In this document: positions 7,911 to 17,649 of the stretch, piece after piece | Numbering within the stretch: the first letter of the stretch is position 1 | Layout of the letters: every line of letters starts with the position of its first letter | From: a virus | Taxonomy: Duplodnaviria; Caudoviricetes | Length of the DNA: 45,928 bases | Reading direction: 5' to 3' (one strand) | Virus record (IMG/VR): IMGVR_UViG_3300037657_000286 | Coordinates: 1 to 45,928 of that record | The notes under the pieces: model-generated | Told to the model about the DNA's origin: nothing | Databases searched by the model: none | The model's input: the letters and a program-made list of their open reading frames with translations, nothing else | Position numbers and translations under genes: made by a program

Positions 7911-8287
7911 TGAGGACGTTTGAACACCCGCCGATGATTCTGACGATCCAAACGCCCGAGGACATCATCGGCCCGCACAACATGGACGCCCTGGAGCAGC
8001 ACATACGGCAGTATGCCGCCAACTGCAACCGGCCGGGCCGTAAGGTGGATAAGGGCATGGCCGAAATGATCACACGGCTGCAGGCCCATGGCTACTACGT
8101 CGATGGGTTCAAGGCCGACGGCTCCATCTGCTTCAGGACGGTGCTGCAATCACAGGTTCAGGCCAGGTTCGAAGGGCCGGAGCTTGAGGAAATCAAGCTG
8201 ATGAGCATGGATGAGATGCGGGCCAAGGCTCGCGGCGGATATGTCGGGATGAGGACGGACGACGAGTTTGGGAAACTGAGAAACTGA
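7907..8287 (+). CDS. Hypothetical phage protein
   Basis: GGAGG RBS; overlaps the stop of the replication gene. Confidence 0.6.
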   Translation: MMRTFEHPPMILTIQTPEDIIGPHNMDALEQHIRQYAANCNRPGRKVDKGMAEMITRLQAHGYYVDGFKADGSICFRTVLQSQVQARFEGPELEEIKLMSMDEMRAKARGGYVGMRTDDEFGKLRN

Positions 8288-8294
8288 TAAGGGA

Positions 8295-8501
8295 ATGAGT
8301 TTCATGGGCAGACAGGAAAGAGAGAAGAAAAGGACTGCCACCATCTCATCGTATGCGGCGATGCTGGCGACGGCCCTAGCGACGGTGCCGGAGGCAAGGA
8401 AAACCGGGGAATTGGTGTTCCGGATCCAGTTTACCGATGGGGGATTTTACGGACATTCCTTGAAAATCACTGAGGACGTGAGATTCAATGGGGTGGAGTG
8501 A
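8295..8501 (+). CDS. Small hypothetical protein, last gene of the early operon
   Basis: AAGGG RBS; tightly packed behind the upstream gene. Confidence 0.55.
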   Translation: MSFMGRQEREKKRTATISSYAAMLATALATVPEARKTGELVFRIQFTDGGFYGHSLKITEDVRFNGVE

Positions 8502-8527
8502 ATTCAGACATGTTTAAGACTTACACC

Positions 8528-8821
8528 TTACGCCACCACCAGCTTGCAGCCGAGGGCGGCGCAGATGCGGCTGATCGTATCGAAGCGGGGTTTGGCGTTG
8601 GGCCTGAGCGCCTTGTACAGGGCCTCGCGGGTGAGGCCGGAAGAGTGGGCTACCTCGGCCATGCCCATGGCTCTGGCGGCGGTGTTCAGGGCTTGGATGA
8701 ATTCTTCGGATGTGCCATCTTCCAATGCGTCCTGAAGGAAAATTTTAATATCATCAGGTGTTTTCAGGTAGTTGGCCGCATCGAATTCTGGCAGTGTGGA
8801 GATGGTTATCTTGTCGCTCAT
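8528..8821 (-). CDS. Addiction-module antidote protein, HI1420-like HTH antitoxin
   Basis: FDAANYL...ARAMGMAEVAHSSGLTREALYKALRPNAKPRFDTISRICAALG. Confidence 0.88.
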   Translation of the reverse strand: MSDKITISTLPEFDAANYLKTPDDIKIFLQDALEDGTSEEFIQALNTAARAMGMAEVAHSSGLTREALYKALRPNAKPRFDTISRICAALGCKLVVA

Positions 8822-9093
8822 GGCCGGTGCTCCTTCAGCCAGTCGCGGAGGGCGGCGTTGATGCGACTCTGCCAGCCTTTGCCCATGGCCCTGAAGGCGT
8901 CCAGCACATCCGGAGAAAGGCGGATATGCACCGGTTTTTTCGGCGACTCCGAGACCGGCCTGCCCCGTTTCGGCAGGACATCCGCCAGTTCCTTCGGCAA
9001 GGCCGTGGCGGCCGGTTTGAAGCGTTTCAGGTCGTCCTTGGTCAATTCCCGGACTTCGCCGTCCTTGTCAGTCAGTGGTAAGCGCTTTGCCAT
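8818..9093 (-). CDS. brnA: BrnA antitoxin
   Basis: RGRP...KKPVHIRLSPDVLDAFRAMGKGWQSRINAALR signature. Confidence 0.92.
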   Translation of the reverse strand: MAKRLPLTDKDGEVRELTKDDLKRFKPAATALPKELADVLPKRGRPVSESPKKPVHIRLSPDVLDAFRAMGKGWQSRINAALRDWLKEHRP

Positions 9094-9346
9094 ATCGTTT
9101 TATCTCCCTGTCGTTTGCCTTGCGAAAACTGATGATCCGAACCCCGCCCGGCACGGGGGTGAAACAGAGGACGCACAGCCTTTCGCCGAGATGCCCGACC
9201 GCCACGAACCGGCGCTCCGGATAGGGGTTACGGAGATCCTCGGCGTAGCGTGCGCCCGCCCAGTCGAAGTCCGCGGCCAACTCGAAAGGCAGGTCCCGCT
9301 CCTGGCGGTTTTTCTCGGACTTGGCCGGGTCGAATTCGATCTTCAT
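9068..9346 (-). CDS. brnT: BrnT ribonuclease toxin
   Basis: IEFDPAKSEKNRQERDLPFE...YPERRFVAVG...VRIISFRKANDRE signature. Confidence 0.92.
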   Translation of the reverse strand: MKIEFDPAKSEKNRQERDLPFELAADFDWAGARYAEDLRNPYPERRFVAVGHLGERLCVLCFTPVPGGVRIISFRKANDREIKRYGKALTTD

Positions 9347-9381
9347 GGAATTATTGTATACACATTAAATCGGCCTGTCAA
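9347..9381 (-). promoter_or_regulatory. sigma70 promoter of the brnTA operon, likely leaderless, with palindromic operator
   Basis: Minus strand: TTGACA (9381-9376), 17 nt, TACAAT (9358-9353), 6 nt, ATG. Palindrome TGTATACA (9355-9362) overlaps the -10. Confidence 0.75.
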
Positions 9382-9588
9382 TATTCCCTTACACCACCTT
9401 TGCCTGATCGGGTGCTCGGAGGGGGAGAAAAAGAGATGGCGGAGTTTGAGCGACTCAAGAGGAAATTTTGTTGAGCCGTGAAGGGTAATAATCTGTTTTT
9501 AATTTGATTTAGGAGTAAAATACTGTATTATTGTGTAAGTGCGCGGTTTGCACTGACGGAGCGAACGAGACCCCTAACCAGGGAATCT

Positions 9589-9629
9589 AGCCCAGTGTCC
9601 TCGATTCAAGAGGGTGCTGGGCTTTTTTT
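9589..9629 (+). terminator. Rho-independent terminator in the late-operon leader
   Basis: AGCCCAGTGTCCTC-gattcaa-GAGGGTGCTGGGCT followed by a T-run, just upstream of terS. Confidence 0.8.
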
Positions 9630-9643
9630 ATTGGTGCTGACGG

Positions 9644-10183
9644 ATGGCTAGAACTGAGCGGAAACAGATCGATTGGGAATCGGTAGAAAAACACTATCGA
9701 GCCGGCAAGTTGTCTATTCGCGAGATTGGCCGACAGTGCGGGTGCGACGAGAAGCAAGTGCGTCGAAGGGCCAAAGCCGAGGGGTGGCACAGAGATCTCT
9801 CAGAGAAAATCAATGAGGCTGTCCGCAGTAAGGTTGTCCGCAGCAGTGTCCGCACTGAAAACAATGCGGCAAGCGACAGGGAAATCATCGAGGCGAACGC
9901 CGAAGCGATCCTCAAGATCAGGCTGGAGCAACGCCAGGATATCACAAGGGCTAAACGGCTGACGCTGTCGATGCTGTCTGAGTTAGAGGATGCTGGGAAA
10001 GAGGGTGCAAAAAAACCGCTATCGTTAACGACGAGGGTTGATTGTGGGAAAAAGCTGGCAGAGACGATGAGGATATTCGTCTCGATGGAGAATGAGGCAT
10101 GGGGGATTGATGATAAGCGCGGGGGCGACACTCTGCCAATGGTGATGATCCATGACCCCGAAGTCGGCACATACGCCGAATGA
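9644..10183 (+). CDS. Terminase small subunit
   Basis: IDWESVEKHYRAGKLSIREIGRQCG...RRRAKAEGW N-terminal HTH; precedes TerL. Confidence 0.8.
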   Translation: MARTERKQIDWESVEKHYRAGKLSIREIGRQCGCDEKQVRRRAKAEGWHRDLSEKINEAVRSKVVRSSVRTENNAASDREIIEANAEAILKIRLEQRQDITRAKRLTLSMLSELEDAGKEGAKKPLSLTTRVDCGKKLAETMRIFVSMENEAWGIDDKRGGDTLPMVMIHDPEVGTYAE

Positions 10184-10193
10184 TTGATACCTG

Positions 10194-11651
10194 ATGACGA
10201 CGCATAAATATCTGTTCACTCCTACCGGCCCAGTTCTGCGGGAGTATTACCGCGACCGGTCGCCGGTGTCTATCATCACCGGACCGCTTGGTTCGGCCAA
10301 GACCACTACGACATGCCATAAATGCCTGGCCCTGATGACCGAGCAGGCGCCGAACAGGCGCGGCATCCGGCCTACACGCTGCATCGCGATCAGGAACACC
10401 TATGGCGAGTTGCTGGGCACGACGGCCAAGGATTTCAGGGCAATTTTTGATGACCTTGGAGTGTGGAAAGAGGGGAGCAAAGAGCCTCCCTCTTTCACGA
10501 TGCGGTTCAAGTTGCCGGACAATACCACTGTCCATCATGAGATGATGTTCATAGCCCTCGACCGGCCGCAGCATGTCAAGAAATTGCGAGGACATCAAGT
10601 GACTTGGTTCTGGCTGTCCGAGGTCAAAGAACTGTCCAAGGACATTATTGACATGGCCGACATGAGGCATGGGCGATATCCATCAATGCTTCTCGGGGAA
10701 GTCCTGCCGACGTATTCAGGGATGATCGGCGATACCAACCAATGCGACGAGGATCATTGGCTCTATGAGTTCCAGGAGGTTTTGAAACCGAAGGGCGAAC
10801 TGCCTGACTGGGCGTTTTTCACTCAGCCAGGTGGAGTGATCAAAGTCAACGGTAAATGGGTGCTCAACCCGGCCGCGGAAAACCTCGAGGTGTTGCAGCG
10901 GCAAGCCCCCGGCTATTACGACAAACGGATGCAGGGGAAGAGCGAGGATTGGATCAAGGTCAACCTCGGCAATCAATACGGATTCGTCATGGATGGTAAG
11001 CCCGTCCATCCCGAATACAACGATTCAGTCCACAGCGTTGATGACGTGGACTGGCGTCCAGAATCCCCGATTGTGCTCGGGTTCGATTTCGGGCGGACCC
11101 CGGCCTGTGCCATCCTGCAGGAGATCGGCGACAGCTGGTATGTCCTGGATGAGTATTGCGCTACGCACATGAGCGCGGCGAAGTTTGCCCCTGGCCTGCT
11201 CAATTATCTCAATCACAATTATCCCGGCGCCCATTACATCGGCTGGGGCGATCCGGCAGGAGCGAACAAAGGCGAGGTCGTGGAGCATTCGGCCATTGAG
11301 ATGCTCAACCTCAGCGGAATCCCCTGCATGCCATGCGACACACAGGATCCGTTGCAGCGCCGGGCCGCTATCTCTGCGCCGCTCACCCAGCTCGCCATGA
11401 ACGGCCGCCCGCGCCTGATGGTGTGCAAGAAGGCCAAGATGATCCGCAAGGGATTGGCGGGCAAGTTCTGTTATCGCCGCCTGCAGGTCGCCGGTGATGA
11501 AAAGTACATGGATGTCCCAGACAAGAATGAATGGTCGCACCCGGTTGAGGCGTGTGAATACGCCCTCCTCGGCGAAGGTGAAGGTCTGCAAGCGCTGATC
11601 GACGAGAAGTCGGTAAACACCTACGTCAGCCGGCCAGCGTCCCCCTATTAA
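10194..11651 (+). CDS. Terminase large subunit
   Basis: Walker A GPLGSAKT, IRNTYGEL, Walker B-like WLSEVKE, GDTN coupling motif, RNase H-like LGFDFGRTPA and C-terminal SHPVEA. Confidence 0.9.
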   Translation: MTTHKYLFTPTGPVLREYYRDRSPVSIITGPLGSAKTTTTCHKCLALMTEQAPNRRGIRPTRCIAIRNTYGELLGTTAKDFRAIFDDLGVWKEGSKEPPSFTMRFKLPDNTTVHHEMMFIALDRPQHVKKLRGHQVTWFWLSEVKELSKDIIDMADMRHGRYPSMLLGEVLPTYSGMIGDTNQCDEDHWLYEFQEVLKPKGELPDWAFFTQPGGVIKVNGKWVLNPAAENLEVLQRQAPGYYDKRMQGKSEDWIKVNLGNQYGFVMDGKPVHPEYNDSVHSVDDVDWRPESPIVLGFDFGRTPACAILQEIGDSWYVLDEYCATHMSAAKFAPGLLNYLNHNYPGAHYIGWGDPAGANKGEVVEHSAIEMLNLSGIPCMPCDTQDPLQRRAAISAPLTQLAMNGRPRLMVCKKAKMIRKGLAGKFCYRRLQVAGDEKYMDVPDKNEWSHPVEACEYALLGEGEGLQALIDEKSVNTYVSRPASPY

Positions 11652-11655
11652 CCAC

Positions 11656-12114
11656 ATGGAGAATATTATGCCACCCAGGAAACAGACACCGATGCCATTG
11701 CCAACCGACAACAACACCGACGCTGACACGATAGTTGATGGTCCGGCTAAAGCTGCAGCCGAGATAACCGCTGGCGCGTTGGCCGCTGTCAATGCAAGCG
11801 AAGAATGCACAGAAGAGGTCGGACGAAAAGCCACAAGTGTATCACAAGAGGATTTCGACGCGAAGCCATCCGACATGGATCTAACCACAATCCACACCTA
11901 CGAAGATGCCGCCCCGGCCAGGCCCAAAAGCAAAGCGTGGACGGTTGTTGCGGACCTGTCAGACGATGAGTTCCAGGTTGAGGTTGCAAACATCGATGGA
12001 TTCCAGATGAGGAAATGCCTGCTGCGGTTCCGGGTAGACGGGGTGCTCTCCCCAACGATTCAGGTGATGGAAGGTATCCGCTACCATGGCGAGAAGGGTT
12101 TTCAGAGTAGATAA
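11656..12114 (+). CDS. Hypothetical protein between TerL and portal
   Basis: Fills the gap in operon orientation. Confidence 0.55.
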   Translation: MENIMPPRKQTPMPLPTDNNTDADTIVDGPAKAAAEITAGALAAVNASEECTEEVGRKATSVSQEDFDAKPSDMDLTTIHTYEDAAPARPKSKAWTVVADLSDDEFQVEVANIDGFQMRKCLLRFRVDGVLSPTIQVMEGIRYHGEKGFQSR

Positions 12115-12119
12115 AACCT

Positions 12120-14138
12120 ATGTCAACGATACATCGTTCCAAGGCCAATCCGATACTCAGAACATTGCTCAGTGACCTCGCCTCCCAGCCGCAATGGCGT
12201 GGCGAGGCTGCGGTTGATATGGCATGGCGGGATAATCGGCAGTGGACGAAAGAGCAGGTTGCGTACATTGAATCACTCGGCCTGAATCCGCTGTATGTCA
12301 ATCTCATCGCCCCGGCAATGGATGCGGTGACGGGATATGAAGCCAAGCACCGGGTTGACTGGATGATTACCGGCGCGGCAGAAGAGCATGAAGAGATGGC
12401 CGAGGCTATCAACCATCGTCTCAATGATGAGATGAGGTTGGCCGACGCGAATTCCTCGTGTTCCGAAGCATACGGCTCACAGTCCGGTGTCGGAATTGGC
12501 TGGGTACATATAACCGGAAATCCCGATCCATTGGCCCCCGGGAAGATCTTGGTTGAAGATGTCCACCGCGATGAGATGTGGTGGGATATACGGGCCAGGT
12601 CGAACGATCTCCGCCGTGACTGCCGCTGGGTAGCACGGCGGAAGTTCTTTGACAAGGATGCCGCGAAGGTTTTCCTCGGGCCGAAACATCACGTTCTGAT
12701 CGAGTACACATTCTCGGATTGGCGAAGTATCGACATTTCGGAAGAAGGTCCGTATGTCGATTGGTTCGCGGCGATGAACGAATACACCGATCCTATTGAA
12801 CTGATCCTCGACAACAGCAGTGGGCGGCCGATGGTTGCGGTCTATGAGGTGTACTACAAAGTGGTCGAGCCCCGCGACCTGATTGCCACAGGCGACGGCG
12901 CCATGATGGAATTCCGGAAAGACAACCCCATCCACATGGAATCCATCGCCTCCGGGTATGGAATCCTCCATGCCAAGGTGCCGATCCACGTTTGCCGGGT
13001 AGCCTGGTTCGTCGGGCCACATCTGATCTGGGACGGTCCCAGCCCTGAGCCGCACAACTATTTCCCCTATGTGCCGTTCTTTGGAATCCGCGAAGACGGC
13101 AACAACTGCCCGGTTGGGTTGATTCGCCGGATGCGCGGCCCGCAAGAGGAATACAACCGGGCTGTGGTCGAGATTCAGCGCATTCTCAGGTCGAGAAGGA
13201 TCGAGAAGGACCATGATGCCCTGCACGGTATGAGCGACGCTCAGGCCATTTTCGAGATCAACCGCACCGATGGCGTGATCAACAAGAAGCACGGCAGGAG
13301 TTTCGAGGTTATCCGGGAGTGGGAGAAGATTGCCGTGCTGGAGGGGATATGCAAAAGGGCGCGAGAGGAGATCAACGCCGCTTCCGGAATCTACCAGACA
13401 TTCCAGGGCCAGACCGAATCAAGCCAAAGCGGCATAGCTGTCGAGTCTATCGCCGAACTCGGCGCCCAGTCGCTGGGGAAGATCAACGCGAACTACCAAC
13501 TTTCCCGTAAAGCGGTTGGCGACATTGCATTTGCCCACGTTGTGACCGATATCGGCCAGCGAAAGATCATGGTGAACGTCCCGCAAGAGATCGGCCAACA
13601 GCGGAAGCAGGTAGTCTTGAATGACGGACCGAACAACCGTGTCTCATTGCTCCGTGCCCAGGTGGCTATCCAGGATATCCACACCTCGGCAGGCTACAAA
13701 CAACACACCCACATGCGCCTGACCAATATCATGCAGAACATCCCCGATGAATTCAAAGGGGCGCTGTTGCCGTTCTGGTTGGAATCGTCCGAGATGCCGA
13801 AGAAAGATCAGGCTATCAAGCTGATCAACCAGATGCTCGGCTATGAGTCGGACGAATCCCTGCGCGAGCAGAACGAGGCCGCACAGGCCCAGGCCGCCGA
13901 AGAACAGAAGGCCATGGAGAAACAGAGGTTCGACGCTGAGGTTGAGGATATCCAGGCATCAGCACGACAAAAGAACGCCCAGGCCAATAATGCCACAGCT
14001 GACGCACTGAAGAAGCGTATCGAGACCGCTCAACTCATCCGGCAATTCAAGGCCGGGGGAGTCATGACAAACCAAACTACAGGAAAGAATCAAGCCGGGG
14101 AAAATGTCCGGCAGGAACAACGGAGGGGCGCCGCCTGA
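12120..14138 (+). CDS. Portal protein (P22/933W-like podoviral)
   Basis: 672 aa after the terminase; NLIAPAMDAVTGYE, GIGWV, FPYVPFFG, GLIRRMRGPQEEYN; C-terminal coiled coil. Confidence 0.85.
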   Translation: MSTIHRSKANPILRTLLSDLASQPQWRGEAAVDMAWRDNRQWTKEQVAYIESLGLNPLYVNLIAPAMDAVTGYEAKHRVDWMITGAAEEHEEMAEAINHRLNDEMRLADANSSCSEAYGSQSGVGIGWVHITGNPDPLAPGKILVEDVHRDEMWWDIRARSNDLRRDCRWVARRKFFDKDAAKVFLGPKHHVLIEYTFSDWRSIDISEEGPYVDWFAAMNEYTDPIELILDNSSGRPMVAVYEVYYKVVEPRDLIATGDGAMMEFRKDNPIHMESIASGYGILHAKVPIHVCRVAWFVGPHLIWDGPSPEPHNYFPYVPFFGIREDGNNCPVGLIRRMRGPQEEYNRAVVEIQRILRSRRIEKDHDALHGMSDAQAIFEINRTDGVINKKHGRSFEVIREWEKIAVLEGICKRAREEINAASGIYQTFQGQTESSQSGIAVESIAELGAQSLGKINANYQLSRKAVGDIAFAHVVTDIGQRKIMVNVPQEIGQQRKQVVLNDGPNNRVSLLRAQVAIQDIHTSAGYKQHTHMRLTNIMQNIPDEFKGALLPFWLESSEMPKKDQAIKLINQMLGYESDESLREQNEAAQAQAAEEQKAMEKQRFDAEVEDIQASARQKNAQANNATADALKKRIETAQLIRQFKAGGVMTNQTTGKNQAGENVRQEQRRGAA

Positions 14139-14281
14139 TCAGCGGCGTGTCTTCCCCCCTGGCTCATCAGGGGCAGCATTACCAACGGCGGGCCATGCAG
14201 CGGTCCCGTCTCTCCCCGGCAGAGGGATGGAAACTCTGCCTCGTGAGGCGATTACACCGTAAAAACGCACAGGAGAACAGT

Positions 14282-15187
14282 ATGGCAGAAATCGATGAAA
14301 TCAGGGAGATGACCCCGGAGCAGATGCAGGCGCTCGAGGACAAGATGGTGGCTGACGAGGCCGTGGCCGCAACAGAAGGTTCGGCACCCAAAGAGGTCGA
14401 GACACCGAAAGAGCCGCCGGCAGAAACACCACCTGAAGAAGACCTGACGAAGCACATCGCTCCGCCGTCGAAATGGGCGGCGGAGCGTCATGCAAAGCGG
14501 GAGCTTCAGCGGCAACTGGAAGAGACCAAGGCCAAGGCTGAAAAAGCCGAGGTGCTGGAAAACGAGGTTGGCCAGCTCAAAACCGAGCTTGAACAGATCA
14601 AAGCCGCGATACAGGACAAGGGGATCATTTCCAAGTCTTTCGATCCGGCGGCAGTGTTCACGGACGAGAAGATTGAGGAAATCAGGAATGAGTTCGGCGA
14701 TGAACTGGCCGATATGCTCAAGGCAACGTCCGAGATCCTGAAGGCCAGCACAAAACCGGAAGTCGTTACGGTTACTCAGCCAGAGGCGAATCCAACGGTT
14801 GATCCCGACCTGTTGAAGGCAATCGACAATAACGATGAGCTGTCATACTGGCGGGAAAACAGTCCCGCATTGTGGGCCAGGGCGGTAGCGAAGGATGATG
14901 AACTCCTCGCCGTCCCTGAATACGCGCAACTCTCCTACCCCGAACGGTTCGCCAAGGTAGTGGAACTGGTGAAAAACGAGGTCATGGAGGGGGCCAAGAG
15001 GCCAGACGAGACGACAGCGGAAATGCCGCCGTCGCTTTCCGGTGCGCCTGGTGTCCCCTCGCAATCCACAGGAACTAATGCCCTGGACCGAATGCTCGCC
15101 ATCGATGATTCAAAGGCACAGATGAAATTCTATAACAGTCTGCCTGAGAAACAGCGGGACGAGATCGACAGGGCGCTCAATATCTAG
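14282..15187 (+). CDS. Capsid scaffolding protein
   Basis: Acidic coiled-coil protein between portal and capsid; ATG 14282 follows an AGGAG RBS. Confidence 0.7.
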   Translation: MAEIDEIREMTPEQMQALEDKMVADEAVAATEGSAPKEVETPKEPPAETPPEEDLTKHIAPPSKWAAERHAKRELQRQLEETKAKAEKAEVLENEVGQLKTELEQIKAAIQDKGIISKSFDPAAVFTDEKIEEIRNEFGDELADMLKATSEILKASTKPEVVTVTQPEANPTVDPDLLKAIDNNDELSYWRENSPALWARAVAKDDELLAVPEYAQLSYPERFAKVVELVKNEVMEGAKRPDETTAEMPPSLSGAPGVPSQSTGTNALDRMLAIDDSKAQMKFYNSLPEKQRDEIDRALNI

Positions 15188-15194
15188 GTGACAT

Positions 15195-16412
15195 ATGCCA
15201 GATTCAAAACAGTATTTAGCCGACAAGATCATATTCTCGGAGTGCCACAAGCAGCACTCTCTCCCCAATCTCCTCACCGCTTCCGCGCCCTCTCTCATCG
15301 AGGCCAGGGACGGCAAGGTGCAAACTCCACCGACCGCGCCGGTCGTGCAGATCAATGACCTGACCGCCACACATGGCAATCAGGTGTCTGTAACCATTAT
15401 CCACGACCTGTCCGGCAAGCCGTCAATCGGCATCGAAAAGCGCGATGGCTTTGAAGAGGATGTCTCTACCGCCCGCTTTGAGATGCGGATCGATCAGTGT
15501 CACAAGGCGGTAAAGGTGCCGCTGATGATCGAGCAGCAGAAGGTCGGCTACAACCTCAAGAAACTCGGCCGGCCGCTGTTGACCAAGTATCACGGCAACC
15601 TCACCGATGAAATCGCTGTAAACCATCTCGCCGGGGCGCGTGGGACATATGTTTCGTCCGACCGAATCCTGCCTTTGGCGAGCGACCCTGATTATGCATC
15701 AATAATGGTCAATCCCGTCAAAGCACCGACCTTTGACCGCAAGTTCTATTGCGGGGCCGCTTCGTCCATCAGCGGCGCTGATGGCCTCACGGCGATTACC
15801 GCCAATGATACGTTCGGCGTTGATGATTGCCGGAAATTCAAAGAGGCCATTGAACTGATGCCGCACCCGCTGCAGCCGGTAAGCCTGGGCGCTACGGACA
15901 CCGAGCCTGGAACGGACCCGATGTATATTGCCTTCATCACGCCGAAAATGTGGAGCAATTACGAGTCGAGTTCCACCACCTTCCAGCAGCAGGTCGCCAA
16001 TGCGCTGAAGCGGACCTCCGGGTTCAATCATCCGCTGTTCAAGGGCGAGATGTTCATGAAGGATAACATCCTGTTCAAGCGCTACAACAAGCCGATTGGC
16101 TGGCAGGCAGGCGATACCATCGCTGTCTCTGCCAACGACGATACAGCCACCGAGGCGAATCAGATTGTCCCGGCAGGTGTGATGATTGAGCGCGGCATCA
16201 TCCTTGGCGGGCAGGCCCTGGCCATGGCGTATGGATCGGTTCTGCCTGGGGGGTTCGGCAACTTCCTGATGGACGGTGAACTGTTCAACCAGAAGGCCTG
16301 GTGGAGACAGTGGATGGACTGGATCATGGGCCTGGCCAAGATCCGGTTTGCCGATTCGTCCGGCCGGATAAACGATTACGGTGTCTGCGTGTTTGACGCT
16401 GCCGTTGTCTAA
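15195..16412 (+). CDS. Major capsid protein (N4-gp56/DUF4043-like)
   Basis: 405 aa after the scaffold; APVVQINDL, HLAGARG, HPLFKGE and GGQALAMAYG motifs. Confidence 0.82.
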   Translation: MPDSKQYLADKIIFSECHKQHSLPNLLTASAPSLIEARDGKVQTPPTAPVVQINDLTATHGNQVSVTIIHDLSGKPSIGIEKRDGFEEDVSTARFEMRIDQCHKAVKVPLMIEQQKVGYNLKKLGRPLLTKYHGNLTDEIAVNHLAGARGTYVSSDRILPLASDPDYASIMVNPVKAPTFDRKFYCGAASSISGADGLTAITANDTFGVDDCRKFKEAIELMPHPLQPVSLGATDTEPGTDPMYIAFITPKMWSNYESSSTTFQQQVANALKRTSGFNHPLFKGEMFMKDNILFKRYNKPIGWQAGDTIAVSANDDTATEANQIVPAGVMIERGIILGGQALAMAYGSVLPGGFGNFLMDGELFNQKAWWRQWMDWIMGLAKIRFADSSGRINDYGVCVFDAAVV

Positions 16413-16419
16413 GCCATGA

Positions 16420-16443
16420 GATGAGGGGTTTCGGCCCCTCGTC
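16420..16443 (+). other. Stable UUCG-loop hairpin after the capsid gene
   Basis: GATGAGGGGT-TTCG-GCCCCTCGTC, no U-tract. Confidence 0.55.
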
Positions 16444-16467
16444 AACTGTTCAATCATTGGAGGTTTT

Positions 16468-16893
16468 ATGGCTACAATAGATGCCCCGAAATACAAAGAC
16501 CTGGCGGCGGACTCCCATATGGGCAATGTCTGCGCCGATATCCTGGAGTACACCATGACCGGCGCCGAACCAAATGGCACGGTGATCAGGCTCCGCAGGA
16601 AAAACCAGTACAACACCTATCTCAGCATGAGATTGCTGGCCTTGGCCGTTGTCCCGGCTGCACTGACGACCGTCGATGTCGGCTATATCGACCGGGAGGA
16701 GGACGGGACAAATGACCTCGATCTCTTCGCGAACGATGCCAACATCAATGCAGACCAGGATATCGACCTTTTTGCCGCACCCATCGCGGTACCAAAGCGG
16801 CATGATATCGCCCTGACAATCAATGCCAACAATGCCGCAAACGCCGGTGTTGTGATCAAGATTATTGTCATGTCGATGGTCACTTCAGGATAA
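16468..16893 (+). CDS. Putative capsid decoration/cement protein
   Basis: GGAGG RBS; beta-rich; directly after the major capsid gene. Confidence 0.55.
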   Translation: MATIDAPKYKDLAADSHMGNVCADILEYTMTGAEPNGTVIRLRRKNQYNTYLSMRLLALAVVPAALTTVDVGYIDREEDGTNDLDLFANDANINADQDIDLFAAPIAVPKRHDIALTINANNAANAGVVIKIIVMSMVTSG

Positions 16894-16964
16894 GTCACTT
16901 CAGGTAGCACGAACAGCACACGAACAGCGCCCGGTCTTGAGGGCCGGGCGCTCAAGGATGGAAC

Positions 16965-17627
16965 ATGAATGGCATAGAGTTGATTGACGAGGTTGTTGAT
17001 ATCGTCCTGGACCCGCGATTCACAAGAGTATGGTTTCTGACCAGGTTGAATCGTGGCTTGTTCGCGGTAGCCGGCCGGGTGCTCCTTCCCGGCCTGGCAG
17101 ACGGGGCTGCTGCTGTCAATACCGTTCTTAATAACCACGTCGTAGCCCTGCCAGCCACCTATCACCGGACCCTGTATCAGGCCTCCATCGATGGGGATCC
17201 CGTGTGGGTCTATCCCAACATTGGCATGATGCGTGATGTTGGGTTCAAGCTCAACTCCGATGTCGGCCAAGTGGAAAGCGTTGCCGTCAATGCCGGGTCG
17301 CTGTTTTATCAGCGCGTTCCGTCCGTCGTAACCGAGATCGCCCTCCGCTTCTACCGCAAGCCGGCGCTGTTGTTGGATACCAATACCAGTTTCCCGGATG
17401 GCATGGGAGATAACACGGAAATAGCGGAGCTGATCGATCAGGCCCTGATCGGCTACGCCTGCGGGATGGCGTTCTCGCGGATCGAGGATGGCATTGAAGG
17501 GAACAAGGTCAACACCGATTTTCATCTGGGCAGGTTCGAGGATGCCATCAGCAGAATGCAAGAAAATTGGTACGCAAGGCCGATGCCTGAACCTCCTGTT
17601 GATAAGTCAAAGTGGTTGGGATGGTAA
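16965..17627 (+). CDS. Putative head-tail adaptor protein
   Basis: Position and size (220 aa) typical of podoviral adaptors. Confidence 0.5.
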   Translation: MNGIELIDEVVDIVLDPRFTRVWFLTRLNRGLFAVAGRVLLPGLADGAAAVNTVLNNHVVALPATYHRTLYQASIDGDPVWVYPNIGMMRDVGFKLNSDVGQVESVAVNAGSLFYQRVPSVVTEIALRFYRKPALLLDTNTSFPDGMGDNTEIAELIDQALIGYACGMAFSRIEDGIEGNKVNTDFHLGRFEDAISRMQENWYARPMPEPPVDKSKWLGW

Positions 17628-17649
17628 TAACCTGCACCCGCGATATGAA

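Noticed and set aside
8498-9481. 327-aa plus-strand ORF
   Set aside because: Antisense shadow of three well-supported minus-strand TA genes.
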